Source of the DNA: Felis catus
Lineage: Eukaryota
Direction of reading: 5' to 3'
Assembly (NCBI RefSeq): GCF_018350175.1
Contig: NC_058368.1
Coordinates: 434,001 to 498,000 of the forward strand
Length of the DNA: 64,000 bases
The position numbers and the translations under genes are program-made. The notes beneath the pieces were generated by a model. That model was given only the letters and a program-made list of their open reading frames with translations, did not search any database and was not told the DNA's origin. Each line of letters opens with the position of its first letter. Within the stretch, counting starts at the first letter, position 1. Of this stretch, positions 25,942 through 39,525 are shown one piece after another.

Positions 25942-27025
25942 ACACACACACCCCAAAACAAATCATAGCCTAAGAAAGGATATTTGCAATGGAATCTAGA
26001 ATAAAGAATTGCTATAAATCAGTCAAGAGACAAACAACCCAAAAGGCAAAAAAAAGAACATGAAAGTCTAAATGAATAATAAACATGAAAACTCATTAGT
26101 CATTAGAGAAATGTACGTAAGGCCACAAGGAGATATCATGGCACAGGCATTGAATTGGCAAAAAATAAATAAACAAAACAGCTGCTAATCCAAGCTTTTG
26201 CATGGTAGGTTAGGTTCACACACTGATGGCAGGAGTGAACAGGTAGGCTAAAAGGTAAAGAATTCTGTTTATCTTGTATACCTTTAGGTGGGGAAAATAT
26301 CTCCCCCGTTACCTACAATATATACATGCTTCCAGGTAGGCTTGGGATTTGAAATATGCTGTCAGGGTAGTCTATCAAAACACAAGCCAAGACATTAAAT
26401 TAAAGTGCTCCTAGATTCATCATGCATTGAGGTGCCTAAAGGAAGCAAAAATGAAATCTGGGGAAATGTATCCTTAATACAGGTCTTACAAGATTCGCAC
26501 AGATAAACATTTTCAAACATGAGCTTAAAATCGAAAATTATAAAACATATGAAGAAACAAATCACCATGAATGAGGATTGGTAAAAATAATAAATTGCAT
26601 ATTTATACCTCTGAAGAATATCAGAAAAAGGAATGTTGGGGTTATATAACAAAATAAGTGTGCTTAAAATATTAAAGTAATAAAAGATGGAATAAAAAAC
26701 ATGAGAAAGGAACATAATTCCAAAAAAGATCAGGCAAAATTTGAAATTAAAAAAAAGAGAATATCTAGAATTGAATAAAATAGTCACTGAAAATTTAAAA
26801 CTCAGTGGTCATGTTAAATAGCAGATTATGTACGGCTGAAGAGAGAATTGATTAACAGGTATAGATATCTGAAAAAAATTCCCAGAATGCAGCACAGAGA
26901 GATAAAGAAATGGAAATATGAAAGCGAAGTTAAGAAAGGTATAGAATGAAAAGGCCCTATTTACTAACAGGAGCTCCAGAAAAAATAACAAGGGAGAAAT
27001 AATATTCAAAGAGATAAATGTCTGA
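25700..27025 (+). mobile_element. Very old L1-derived fragments (ORF2-like and ORF1-like), containing a (CA)n tract
   Basis: A-rich degenerate L1-like sequence (cccagaatgcagcacagagagataaaga, cattagagaaatg). Confidence 0.55.
25910..25951. repeat. (CA)n microsatellite, interrupted
   Basis: Directly visible. Confidence 0.95.
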
Positions 27026-27959
27026 ACATAATATTTGTTTCTATTTTTTTAATAGAGGAGAAAAAAAGGAATATATGCAGGCAGTTATTCTTACCCTCTG
27101 AAGGCACTCTGCCATCTCTAGATGTTTCCTCCACAATATACCTGCCCCATTGCTACCAGATTACTTTAGCCCTTGCTCTTACAACTTCACTAGCACTCTA
27201 CTGCTTGAAAGGTAAAGTCCAAACTCCTTAGTCCAATATTGAAGACTCCCCCAAAATTCTACCCCAATATACCTTATCCAAAAAGCTCACTTTAAGGAAA
27301 TTAATGCTCTGACTTAATGGCCTACAAATTAAATTCCAGAGAGGCCACTGCATCTCCCACTTTTCTTTGCTTAAGCCATTCTTTCTCTCTGGAATGCCTG
27401 ATGTCCTGTTTACTCCTTAAAGTCCTACCCAGGGTTTAAGGTCTAATGTAAACCCCTATATCCTTTAGGAAGGCTAGACATCATCTCTTCAGAATGCGGC
27501 AATTCTTATTGTCTCTAATCTCCTCTGGCACTTAACACAAGCCACCCCAGCAGAAGTTACCGTTTTAGAGGTAGAGGGCTACATACCTCTCAAGCAAGAA
27601 CCTGTTAGTTTACAAATGCTTAGCATCCCCAACTGCTCCCAGCAGTGCCTTGTATACCATTAACAACTATTAACGATGACCAGACTTTAGTTTGAAATTG
27701 TTAATGGAATCTCCCCACCGGTAGATGCTGATAGGTTCTCCACTAAGGCTACTATTAGTCAAGCCCCCACATTTCCAGCACACAGGTTTAGGGCCTCTAG
27801 CCCTAATATATTGAGGGAAGAAGGATGACTTCAATACAAAAGATTGTTTTCTACCTGTAAAGTCGACAACAATTTAAGTAATAATACGCGAAATCTGAAT
27901 TTGAATGCAGTAAGAGTGCTACGGGAGTGTGCTTTAGGTAAAAATCTGAAAGTAAGTGG

Positions 27960-28600
27960 TCCTTCCCTGACCTCCGGTGGCGTCCTTCCTCAGACTGTAC
28001 CCGCCCAAGTCCAAGCCGAAAACAGCCACCCCCGCACCTGGAATTCCGGACGCCCCAGCGTGGCAAGCTGAGAAGGCGGGCTAAACTCTTTGATTGGCTA
28101 TCAGGAGCCGCCTGCCCTGAGGATTGGTCGCTGCCGCAAGGGACGCCGGGACTGGAACGTGGTACCCGTCCTCGGATCCCGAAGGAGGCCGCCATGGCGG
28201 CAGTGCCTTCGACGGCTTGTTTAAGCCTGTCTGCCTATCGGCAGATGGGGAGGAAGAGTCGGCCGTGGGGCGCTGCCGAGATTCAGTGCACTCAGTGTGG
28301 AAGAAGGGAGTCCAGAGTTTCTGGTGAGGAAACCCCCATGGGGCCCAGCCCCGCCTTGGCCATCTGCCCTCCATAGGCTCTGTCCCAGTCAGGCTGCTGG
28401 GCCTGGAGACGGAGAGCAAGGCCTGTCCCGAGGGCTGGGAGCCGGGTGGGGTGGCAGTGTGGGGCGCTGCTCAGTTACAGCAAGGTGGACCTGGAGAACT
28501 GTGTCACAGGCCTCCCTGCGTGTCTGCAGCCCACCCTCGGGGCGGCAGAGACGTCCCCTGTGGTCAGGGTGGCTCCGTACCTCTCCGAAGCTTTCTCCAC
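27960..28600 (+). promoter_or_regulatory. CpG-rich promoter / first-exon region of RNF17 with two reverse CCAAT boxes
   Basis: Local GC and CpG enrichment against an AT-rich background; ATTGG at 28093-28097 and 28123-28127; GGCGGG at ~28075; no obvious TATA box. Confidence 0.8.
28194..28323 (+). CDS. RNF17: RNF17 coding exon 1 ([44 protein letters not shown]), first CxxC of the RING finger
   Basis: ATG in perfect Kozak context gccgccATGG within CpG-rich DNA; matches the mammalian RNF17 N-terminus as recalled ([21 protein letters not shown]); donor G|gtgagg; 130 nt, phase 1. Confidence 0.95.
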
Positions 28601-30468
28601 TTGGCACCTGCTTCTCTCCCTTTTTCACTGATTCTATTAGGGAATGGTGTGTGAGCTCTCTTGAGCGTTAGTTCAAAAACTCCCCCAGGTTCACAAATTC
28701 ATGAAAGGGTAGATATAAAAATTTAGCCCATTGTCTTGTGATCAAGAAGTAACGAAATTTGGTTTGCTTGTGTAGATTTTGTTGCAGGAGAAGTAATGAG
28801 TAGACCACTTTAAAATGTTCCAGGATTAGAAAACAGATATTTGGCATTGGGAGGGAAGCGTTATGGCTCAGTTTGGCTTAAGGCATTGTTTGGGAAACAA
28901 TTCACTCTTTTTGTGCATCTTGTGTTTTTTCTTTGTACATCAAGGGGGGATATCCACTGCACTCCTATGGATTTAGAATCTGCTCCAGTGAAAACACTTT
29001 CAGGTTACTTTAATGTAATTTAAAATGCCTTAGAGTGCTGTCTCTGGCAGGAGTTGTTGAATTTCAAACTGCAGTTGCTGAAAAGTCTTATTACCACTCA
29101 AATGACTACTTAACTTTTATACTTTCATAGTGAAAATCGTTCATTTTCTCAGTCCCTCCGAGGTGGACTCCATTTGAGAGATGTGAGTGAACCTTTGTAG
29201 AAAAAGTTGGTTAGTTGTGTTTTAAGGTGGGGAGCCAAGTTTCTCCTACTCTTTTTATCACAGCTGTCGCATAGAAAATCTCCATTGTTTGAATCAAATA
29301 AGCATTACCAGGTAAAGTTTACGAACATGACCTTTTAAAATCACTCATGCTTCCATATGTTTGTATTACAATGCTCAGAAATACTAGGTGGTGTTTAGGC
29401 ATATAAAATTGTGGAAGTGCTTTGTAAGCTATGATGTATCACAGATTAGACTGGTACAATATCAGAAATTGTATAAGGATAGAACAGTTAAACAATTTTG
29501 ATTTATTTGGAAATATTAATCTCTGAAATTTAGAGCTGTAAAATTTAGCTTGGTCATAAGCAAGTTTCAGATATTTCGCTTGGCTTGCAAACTAAAGCTT
29601 TTTTATCAAAAGAATGTAATTCTTATAAATCAGCAAGAACACTGTCTTTTGGCAATAAAATATAACTGATTTTATCTAGTGCTTTTCCTTTTTTTCTTAC
29701 AAAGTGTTTTAAAATGACAACTTTTTGAAGTTACATAGCTAAAACAAATATGTTTACTATGATAAGCTTTAAATTCTATTGACAGCATTAAAATCTTGAT
29801 ATTAGGCTTTCACTCAGGGTTATGGTATTTCCCCTCATAAATGCTAGGTTTGTGAAATTATCTTTATGTGGATCATGTATGTGTGACAGTAGTAGCATCT
29901 GGCTTCTGTCAAGTATCTTAGGTCATTGTAAGAGAGAGGTCTTGCCAATGTCTCATATCTGCCCTCCCTGTTCCCTTCACAGGATTGGAAATATAAATTA
30001 GAGGCAATGGGAACAAATAGAAAGAGTATTGGACTTGGACACAGAACTAGGCTGGAGTCTAGATTATACCATTTAGCCACATCACCAAAAGGTTTATCCA
30101 TTTCTAAGTTGAATGTAACCTTCCTAAGCCTACTTGGCTGTGATATGTACAAGGATCAAATGAAGTATGTCAGAACATTTTGTATGATTATAAGATATGG
30201 CAAATTCGAAGTAGTATCGGTACCAGAAACTAAATTAATGCAAACAATATTACATAGCCCTGCTTGGCTTTCAATTTGACTTTTTCCCTCCTTCACACTT
30301 AATAGCTTCTACTGAATTTTGTTTAACAGGTCCTGCATTTCTAATGAAACTTGATATCTCTTCCCATGCAAGAGTCCCCTCTTTTAACTTTTCCCTCTGA
30401 TTAATGCTGCACATTCAATGCTAACAAACTATAGACAGTTTAATTCACAGCAGAATTTCATTTCATAG

Positions 30469-30563
30469 GTCACCACCATGAACTTCAATGTGGACATGCT
30501 TTTTGTGAACTGTGCTTGTTAATAACTGAAGAACACAACACAATTATATGTCCTGATTGTGAG
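30469..30563 (+). CDS. RNF17: RNF17 exon 2 ([32 protein letters not shown]), completes the C3HC4 RING
   Basis: Acceptor tttcatag|, donor GAG|gtaagt; 95 nt restores phase 0; CxH-x2-CxxC...CxxC ligands intact. Confidence 0.95.
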
Positions 30564-31344
30564 GTAAGTTTTATCATCTTTCATAGTCAGTATATTGTAA
30601 CCTACTGTTGAAGGTAAAAATGTTAGAGAAAACATACTTCTAGTTAGAACCTGAAATTTTGAATTTTTGCTGCTGAGTCTTAAAGCAGCTTAATAAAAAA
30701 TAAAGCTTTTTTTGATTCGTTTTATAATTGTTACGAATATTCAAGAAAATACAAAGTTAAAGTTCTACATTAATCAGCCTATATATTTTGACTCTTTTTA
30801 AAAATAAGTTTTTAAATTTTAGAGAGAGCAAGTGTGCAAGCAGGGGAGAGGGACAGTGGGAGGGAGAGGGAGAGAGAGAGAATATCTTAAGTAGACTTCA
30901 CACACAGCATGGAGCCCAATACAGGCTCAGTCCCATGATCCTGGGATCATGACCTGAGCTGAAATCAAGGGTCAGATGCTTAACTGACTGAGCTACCCAG
31001 GCACCCCTTTGGAGACTTCTGTGGAAAATTGCCTCTTTTTAATTATTTTCATTTATTTTTTTACATTATTTTTAATGTCTATTCATTTTTGAGACAGAGA
31101 GAGACAGAGCATGATTGGAGGAGGGGCAGAGAGAGAGGGAGACACAGAATCCAAAGCAGGCTCCAGGCTCCGAGCTCAGAGATATTAACACAGAGCTCAA
31201 TGTGGGGGCTTGAACCCACGAACTGTGAGATCATGACCTGAGCCGAAGTCAGACGCTTAACCAACTAAGCCACTCAGGCACCCGTATTTTTATTTATTTT
31301 TTACGTTTATCCTAATTTTTACTGTTTCCAATGATCATTTTTGT

Positions 31345-32579
31345 TTATTTTTTCAAATTTTTATTTAACTTTTAGTTAACATACAGTTAATATTGGTTTC
31401 AGGAGTAGAATCCAGTGATTCATCAATTACATACAACACCCAGTGCTCATCATAACAAGTGCCCTCCCTAATACCCATCCCTCATCTGGCCCTTCCCCCA
31501 CCCACCTCCCTCCATCAACCATCAGTTCTCTAAGAGTCTCTCATGGTTTGTTTCTCTCTCTCTTTTCCCCCATCCCATATGTTCACCTGTTCTGTTTCTT
31601 AAGTTCCACATATGAGTGAAATCATGTGGTATTTATCTTCTCTGATTAACTTATTTCACTTAGCATCATGCATGTAGCTCAGTCTGTGTCATTGCATATG
31701 GCAAGATTTCATTCTTTTTGATGACTGAGTGATATTCCATAAGAATGTCTTTTAACACACACGCACACACACCATTCATCTCTATCCATTCATCAGTTAA
31801 CGGACATTTGGGCTCTCTCCATAGCTTGGCTAATGTTAATCATGATGCTGTAAACATAGGGGTGCGTGTCCCCCTTCAAATCTGTATTTTTGTGTCCTTT
31901 GGGTAAATACCTAGTAGTACAATTTTTGGATCTTAGGGTAGTTCTCTTTTTAACTTTTTGAGGAACCTCTATACTGTTCTCCAGAGTGACTGTACCCGTT
32001 TGCAGTCACACCAACAGTCCAAGAGTGTTCCCCTTTCTCTGCATCCTCGCCAACACCTGTTGTTTCTTGTGTTGTTAATTTTACCCATTCTGACAGGTGT
32101 GTGGTGGTATCTCATTGTGGTTTTGATCTATATTTCCCTGATGATGAGTGATGTTGAGCATCTCTTCATGTGTCTGTTAGCCATCTGGATGTCTTTTTTG
32201 GAAGTGTCTATTCATGTCTTCTGCCCATTTCTTAGCTGGATTGTATGTTTTTTGGAGGTTGAGTTTGGTAAGTTCTTTACCGATTTTGGATACTAACCTT
32301 TTATCAGGTATGTCATTTGCAAATATCTTCTCCTATTCTGTAGGCTGCCTTTTAGTTTTGTAGATTGTTTCCTTCACTGTGAAAAAGCTTTTTATTTTGA
32401 TGAAGTCCCAATAGTTTATTTTTGCTTTTGTTTCCCTCGCCTCTGGCGATGTATCTGGTAAGAAGTTGCTGTGGCCAAGGTCAAAGAGGTTACTGCCTGT
32501 GTTGTCCTCTAGGATTTTGATGGTTTCCTGTCTCACATTTAGGTCTTTCATCCATCTTGAATTTATTTTTGTATATGGT
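31345..32579 (-). mobile_element. 5'-truncated L1 in RNF17 intron 2
   Basis: ORF 32333..32551 ([14 protein letters not shown]) plus 3'UTR. Confidence 0.9.
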
Positions 32580-35500
32580 CTTTTTACTTATTTTTAGTGA
32601 CATACATTCCTTTCAAGTCTCTACCTTTCTTTGCCACACCAATAGCATGCAAGGAAATTTTGAACTCTCCCTGACCCTGAAACTTTGTGTGTTATCGAAT
32701 TTATATTTGTAGAGATGCCATAGTTTAAAAAGAGAAACAAAACAGTAGCCTGAAGTTAACTTCACAGGCACTAAAAAAGTACAGTTGCACTAGGATTAAA
32801 ATCTATAGACCCATAATAAAGTAAAATTTAATGAACATCCTTTGCATTTGCTACAAATACAAATGTAGTTCAATTTATATAGTATGTCCCTGGAAAATTG
32901 TCTTTTAATCTGTAAATTCTTTTTCTTTTTTTTAGGTTTACTTATTTTGAGAAGGAAAGCATGGGAGTGGGGTGCAGAGAGAGAGAGGGAGAGAATCTCA
33001 AGCAGGTTCTACAAGGTCAGAGTGGTCATGATGCAGGGCTTGAACTCATGAATCTTGAAATCATGACCTGAGCCAAAGTCAGACACTTAATCAACTGAGC
33101 CACCCAGGCACCCTTTAATCTCTAAATTCTTAATGTTCCACTTGAGATATCAGATGATGAGGATTTGTAGCCATTGTTTTCTGTCAGTGAGACAAACAAG
33201 ATAGAAGCTGAAGATCTGGAATGCAGTCATAGTTCTGTCACACAAAGCCTGAGTTTCCTCATTCATGAGATGGAAATAATACCTACTTTTCTTATAGGAT
33301 TGTAAGTCAAATTTGAGTTATGTAAAAGTTCTCTACAAGCTTCAAGACCATTGAAATAAGTGTTATAATCAACCCATGATCATTTAGGTGTGGATTAATT
33401 GGTTTGTAGGTTAAACATGGTAAAAAAAAAAAAAATACGTGTAAATTTGTGAAGGTTTGAATTATAATGGAAACATTTACATGTTAAAAGATGTCTATTT
33501 TGGAATTACATACTTTACAAATTATGGCCTTTATTGTAGGAAATTCTTTTCTCCTGTCCTTTTTTTGACATTGGGTTCCTCAGATGTGGCTTCACTACAT
33601 AGTTAAAGGGGAGCCTAGTTCCTGTGGTTGTAATGGAAGATCCCTGACAGATTCAGTCTTGTGGTGGGAAAGGGAATAAACAGGCAACTGGAACTGTCTC
33701 TGCTTATATCCATCCTGTTATAATACTCAAAAAAACAGAGACATTTATTAGAACAGTAACCTTTCCCTTTTTTGGCAAATGACTTCATGCTTAGTGTCTT
33801 AAATCATTATACTTGTATTATTTTGAATAACATTTACATGAATGTTTATGGTACATTTACAAATGCTAGTTTTGATTTTATGGTTATGATAAATCTATTT
33901 TGTATCATTTTAACTAGTTCTGACTCTTACTTCAGGAGATCTGTTTCATCCTTCCCCTTTCTCCTCTTGTGCTTTTAGCCCAGGGAATTGACAAGGAACT
34001 ATAATCAGATTCTTCACATGCACTAAAGCTGATCCTTATTTAAGGGAGTCCCTTCAAGAAACCTTCCTGAAATTGTTACCACTCTTTTTTAATTTTTGAG
34101 AGAGAGAAAAAATGAGCAGAGGAGGGTAGAAAGAGAGGGAGACACAGAATCCAAAGCAGGCTCCAGGCTCCAAGCTGTCAGCACAGAGCTGGACACAGGG
34201 CTCAAACTCACAAACTGTGAGATCATGACCTGAGCCAAAGTCGGACGCTTAACTGGCTGAGCCATCCAGGTGCCCTGTTACCACTCTTTTATTAGTTTTT
34301 AAAATGTAGATTTTTGCTTATATCTAATATTTATTTTGAATAGGAGAATGAACTAGTTTAAATTAGTAAAAAGACTGAATTTATAGACTATTTGAGTAAT
34401 GTAGTTTATTATTTTTATATTACATGCTCTTTTCTAAAAAGCAAGATTTAAATACTTATGTTCACATTAAGTTTATATTTATGATTTATCTTCAATGTTG
34501 AAGGCCTAGGTATTTAAGCCTAAAATGATTCTATTCCAGATTAATAGATATACTTATGTTCTTATTTCTGAGTTTGGGTAAACATGAATTTATCTACCGG
34601 TATTTTTTTTTTTTAAGAGAGAGAGAAGGAGTGGGGGAGAGGGGCAGAGGGAGAGAGAATCTTAAGCAAACTCCACACTCAGCCCCAATGTGGGGCTCAG
34701 TCCCATGACCCTGGGATCATGACCTGAGCCAAAATCAAGAGTTGGACACTCAACTGACTGAGCCACCCAGGCACCCCTATCTACCAGTCTTTATCTTTCA
34801 TAGTTGTATGGTTTTTGATAACATTGGTTCTTTGATTTTGATTGATATTAATGGTTACTTCATAAGCATTCTACATTTTGCACAGCAAGATGGCAGATTT
34901 TGTCCATAAGATCATACTTAGGTATCATTCCAGAAATACTGACATTGTATTGATCTATTGGACCGGAGTCCAAAAATATACCGTGTGAGAAGGAAAGGAT
35001 AAGTTTTCTAATCAATAGATAATTACTATCTATTACCAGTCCCATGTGGATTAGAAATGTTAACATGCAAATTAAACATTTAAACTAAAAGTACAGATAA
35101 TTGCATAATTTTGGATGGGGAAGCCTTGTTAAAACCTATCACTGAAAGCAGAAACCATAAAAGAAATACTGGCTAAATTTGACTGCATTGTTTCATTTAC
35201 AGGTAGCAAAAACAAGCAAAAAACTCACCACAAATAGCAAACTGAGGGTTGCTGGAGGGGAGGTGGTAGGGGGACGGTTTAAATGGGTGATGGGTACTGA
35301 GTATTATATGTAAGTGATAAATCACTAAATTCTACACCTGAGGCCAATATTAACACTGTTTTAACTAACTGGAATCTAAAAACTTGAAACTAAAAACAAA
35401 AACCAGTGATAATTACATAATTTTTATTTTATTTTATTTTATGTTTATTTATTTTTGAGACAGAGAGAGACAGCATGAATGGGGGAGGGTCAGAGACAGA

Positions 35501-36088
35501 GAGGGAGACACAGAATCTGAAACAGGCTCCAGGTTCTGAGCTGTCAGCCCAGAGCCCGATGTGGGGCTTGAACTCACGAACCGGGAGATCATGACCTGGG
35601 TCGAAGTCGGACACTTAACCCACTGAGCCACCCAGGCGCCCCTCTAATTACATAATTTTTTTAAAAATGACAAGCTGTGAGGGTCGGGGAGAGAACCTGT
35701 TTTATATATTACAAGTTAAGAATCTGTATACAATTTTAACTGAAATCTTTTAGGTCAGTTGTATTTAATATTTTCTTAAATTTTCTGGAAGAGGTGTCTT
35801 CTCAAATCTGTTGATAGTAACATTAATCTCTTAACTGTGAAATGCTAAACCAAAGGGGGATAAGTGAATAGGCATATAGAAATTAAGGTTTTAGCTGCCA
35901 GTTGGGGGTGGGATATTCTCAAAAAATAACTTTCAGTCCAATGTGTTGTGTTAATAGTAACACTTTTTCAGGATGCCTGGGTGGCTCAGTTGGTTCAGTG
36001 TCCAATTCTTGATTTTGGCTTAGGTCATGATTTCACAGTTCATGAGATGGAGCCCCAAGCTGATAGCAAAGAGCCTGCTTGGGATATT

Positions 36089-36151
<63 letters not shown>

Positions 36152-36232
36152 CTTTCTCTTTCTCTCTCTTTCTCTCTCTTTCTCTCTCTTTCTCTTTCTC
36201 TCCCCCTCTCTCCCTCTCCCTCCCTCCCCTCC
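36089..36232. repeat. Expanded (CT)n/CTTT polypyrimidine tract inside a SINE
   Basis: About 140 nt of uninterrupted pyrimidines. Confidence 0.9.
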
Positions 36233-39088
36233 CGCCCTGCCCCCTGCACATGAATGTGCTCTCTTACTCTCTCAAAAAGCATTAAAAAAAGTAACATTTG
36301 CCTCCTAATTATCTTACAATACAAGACTATCTTTTGTCTGTTATACTTAAAACCCTAGGGGCACCTGGGTGGCTCAGTCGGTTAAGTGTGAGACTTTGGC
36401 TCAGGTCATGATCTCACAGTTCATGAGTTCAAGCCCTGTGTTGGGCTCTGTGCTGACAGCTCAGAGCCTGGAACCTGCTTCAGATTCTGTGTCTCAAAAA
36501 TAAATAAACATCAAACAAACAAACAAAAAAACCTTGACAGACATCCTCTCCCCCACCAAAAAAGTATATTTAAATGGGTGACTATAACGTGTAGTAATCA
36601 GCTTTATTTCTCGTAGCAACATTAACTTTCATTAGAGTCTCCTACAATTACTTTTTTTAAAAAGTGCATGTGTGCAAATTTAAGTTAAATCAGTCGGTAG
36701 TACTATGTAGAAGGAAAGATGAATTTTTAACTCAAAATTGACTTCCCTTTTGGGCGTGCCTGGGTGGCTCAGTCAGTTGAGCATCCGGCTTTGGCTCAGG
36801 TCATGATCTCATGGTTTGTGAGTTCGAGCCCCGCGTCAGGTTTTGTGCTGACACCTGAGAGCCTGGAATTGCTTCAGATTCTGTGTCTCCCTCTCTCTCT
36901 GCCCCTCCCCTGCTCATGCTCTGTCTCTCTCTGTCTCAAAAATAAACAAAACATTAAAAAAAAATTGAGTTCCCCTTTAATAGCAAACAGTTGGGGCCGC
37001 CTGGGTGGCTCAGTCGTTTTAAGTGTCTGACTTAGGCTGAGGTCTGATCTCACAGCTCCTGAGTTCAAGCCCTGTGTAGGGCTCTGTGCTGACAGCCCAG
37101 AGCCTGGAGCCTGCTTAGGATTCTGTGTCTCCCTCTCTCTCTGCCCCTCACTTGCTTGCTCAGTCACTCTTTCTCTCTCTCAAAAATAAATAAAACTTTA
37201 AAAAAAATTTTAATAGCAAGCAATGAGTATAGCTAATGTATAGACCTTAGCTGGCTTTTGAACATTGGCCAATATCCTGCAATTACTTTTAATGGGTATG
37301 TAACAAACCATTGTACATAAGTTCCGTAATTATTTACTGATACCTTTATTATAAACATTTAAGTGGTTTTGAAAAATTTTCACTATACCTTTAAAATTTT
37401 TTTAATATTTGTTTTTGAGAGAGAGAGACAGAGTGTGAGCAGGGGGAGGGGGCAGAGAGAGAGACAGAGAGAGAATCTGAAGCAGGCTTGAACCCATGAA
37501 CTGCGAGATGATGACCTGAGATGAGGTCAGATGCTTAACCAACTGAGTCACCCAGGCACCCCAGTTTTTCACTATATCTGTATATAATTCTTCAAAACCA
37601 CCCCTCCCCAAAAAATTCTGAGCCAGTTCTGTTAATTTCTAACTCCAAAACAAATTAATGTTTGAATTTGTCATATTTACTTTAATGTTTGGCATTTTGA
37701 TGGGCGAAAAGTAGTTATTTTCTTACTTTAAACTTTAATTCCCTGACTACTAGTGAAATAGAGCACCCTCATATGTTGACTTCAAGCTTCCCTTTTGGGA
37801 GAATCTTTAATAGATCCTGAAATATACTTTGGATATTTCCCTTTTGAATTGTTTTTTTTCCCTAACTTGTAAGAAGAGTTCATGTGATAGGGATATTAAT
37901 ATCTTATTCTGTATATCTTAACTATTTTCTACCAGTCTTTCACTTTTTATTACATTTAGCCTTTCAGAAATGTTTCTTTTACTTGTTTTCCTCCTCTTTA
38001 ATGGTTTCTGGGTTTTAATTAGACCTTTCCATTTCAGAGTTATATATGTATTTTTTATGCTCATTTCATTTTATGATACATATTTAAATATTTTATAATA
38101 TGTGATGTTAGGTGGGTGTATAACATCATTCTTCAAAATGATTAGCTGACTTTCTCACACTACTTGTTGAATAATCCTTCCTCTTTTTATTTATTTTTTA
38201 GTTTTTAATGTTTATTTTTGAGACAGAGACAGAGCATGAATGGGGGAGGGTCAGAGAGAGGGAGACACAGAATCTGAAGCAAGCTCTAGGTTCCAAACTG
38301 TCAGCACAGAGCCTGATGTGGGCTTGAACTCACAGACTGAGATCATGACCTGAGCCGAAGTTGGATGCTCACCCGACTAAGCCACTCAGGCACCCCTCCT
38401 TCCTCTTTTTAATTAAAATGCCCCTTGTATTCTGTATTAAGTTTCCATATATATATGGATCTGTTTCAAGGCTCTATTCTACTCATTTATTGTGCCAGTA
38501 CCTTAGCATTTTAATTACCTTAGCTTTATTATCTGGTGGGATAAATAAATCTCTACTGAATGATATGTTGAAATTTTTGTAATTCTCACATAATATATTT
38601 TCCATATGGACTGTAGAATTGTATTAATTTTATATTAGATGTATTTAAGGATATTAAATCTTTGTCTCCAGGAACTGGACATTATTCATTTATTCTGTTC
38701 TTGTTTTATGATCCCCAATAAATTCATTTTCTTTTCTTAGAACTTTTTTCTTACTAAATTTATTCTTAAATATAATTGTGGAGTTTGAACATAACTTGAG
38801 ATGTCATTGTGAATATTTTAGAGTAGATTTTAAAAGTATCATTACAGCTATTTCCTTTAGAATTGTGGTAGAATTAAGCATTTTAATTAATGTTCTGTTT
38901 AATAGTTGCCAAAATTAGATTTCTTCAAATATTAAAATAGGGTAAAAGCATCATACATGAACAGTTTTTTCTTTGATTTAAAGAGAATCTTTAAGATTAT
39001 CAACTTTATCTATGAATGGCACACTAGTTGTTTGAATTCCAGATAAACAGAATTTGTTGAATGACTTTGTTTTTATTCTTGTCCTAAG

Positions 39089-39180
39089 GTTGCTACAACT
39101 ATAAATATGAGACAAGGATACTACCCAACAGATGGATGTATTAAAGAAGATTCTTTTATAGAAAAACTGAAGGCTAAAAA
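39089..39180 (+). CDS. RNF17: RNF17 exon 3 (VATTINMRQGYYPTDGCIKEDSFIEKLKAK)
   Basis: Acceptor gtcctaag|, donor AA|gtatgt; 92 nt; in frame with exon 2 and similar to RNF17 as recalled. Confidence 0.92.
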
Positions 39181-39319
39181 GTATGTTCTATGTGCACTTA
39201 TTTTAGTATTTATATTTCATGTATTTCTGAAAGGATAATTTTAGCATCATTGGTAAAATGTCATTCTTACATCAGTGTTTCTACCCCATTGTTTATAGAG
39301 TGTTCTTTATCTGTTTTAC

Positions 39320-39525
39320 ATTTTTTTTGAGTATAGTTGACATACAATATTACATCATTTTCACAACAGTGATTCAACTTCTTTATATGTTATGCTATGC
39401 TCACCACAAGTGTAGCTACCATCTGTCAGCATACAGCACTATTACAGTATCATTGATTATATTCCCTGTGCTGTTCCTTTATTCCAGTGACTTACTCATT
39501 CCATAACTGGAAGGCGTATCTCCCA
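39320..39525 (-). mobile_element. Short L1 3'-end insertion just downstream of exon 3
   Basis: Homologous to 1210-1445; flanked by tagagtg(t/c)tcttt direct repeats. Confidence 0.75.

Larger units (their letters stand above)
30810..38396. mobile_element. Cluster of 12 Can-SINEs in RNF17 intron 2. Minus: ~30810-31007, 31050-31283, 32920-33113, 34090-34275, 34603-34777, 35426-35642, 37395-37562, 38183-38396. Plus: ~35971-36290, 36358-36530, 36752-36964, 36993-37210
   Basis: Each has a gcctgggtggctcagt-type head and A-tail, most have (CT)n; several TSDs (tgttaccactctttt; taattacataattttt). Confidence 0.92.

Noticed and set aside
28324..28671. Overlapping ORFs in the GC-rich region, including the 60-aa read-through of exon 1
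   Set aside because: Expected in stop-poor GC-rich DNA; similarity to RNF17 ends at the donor site at 28323.
35948..36324. SLSLSL / ERERER low-complexity ORFs
   Set aside because: Translations of the (CT)n tract of a SINE.
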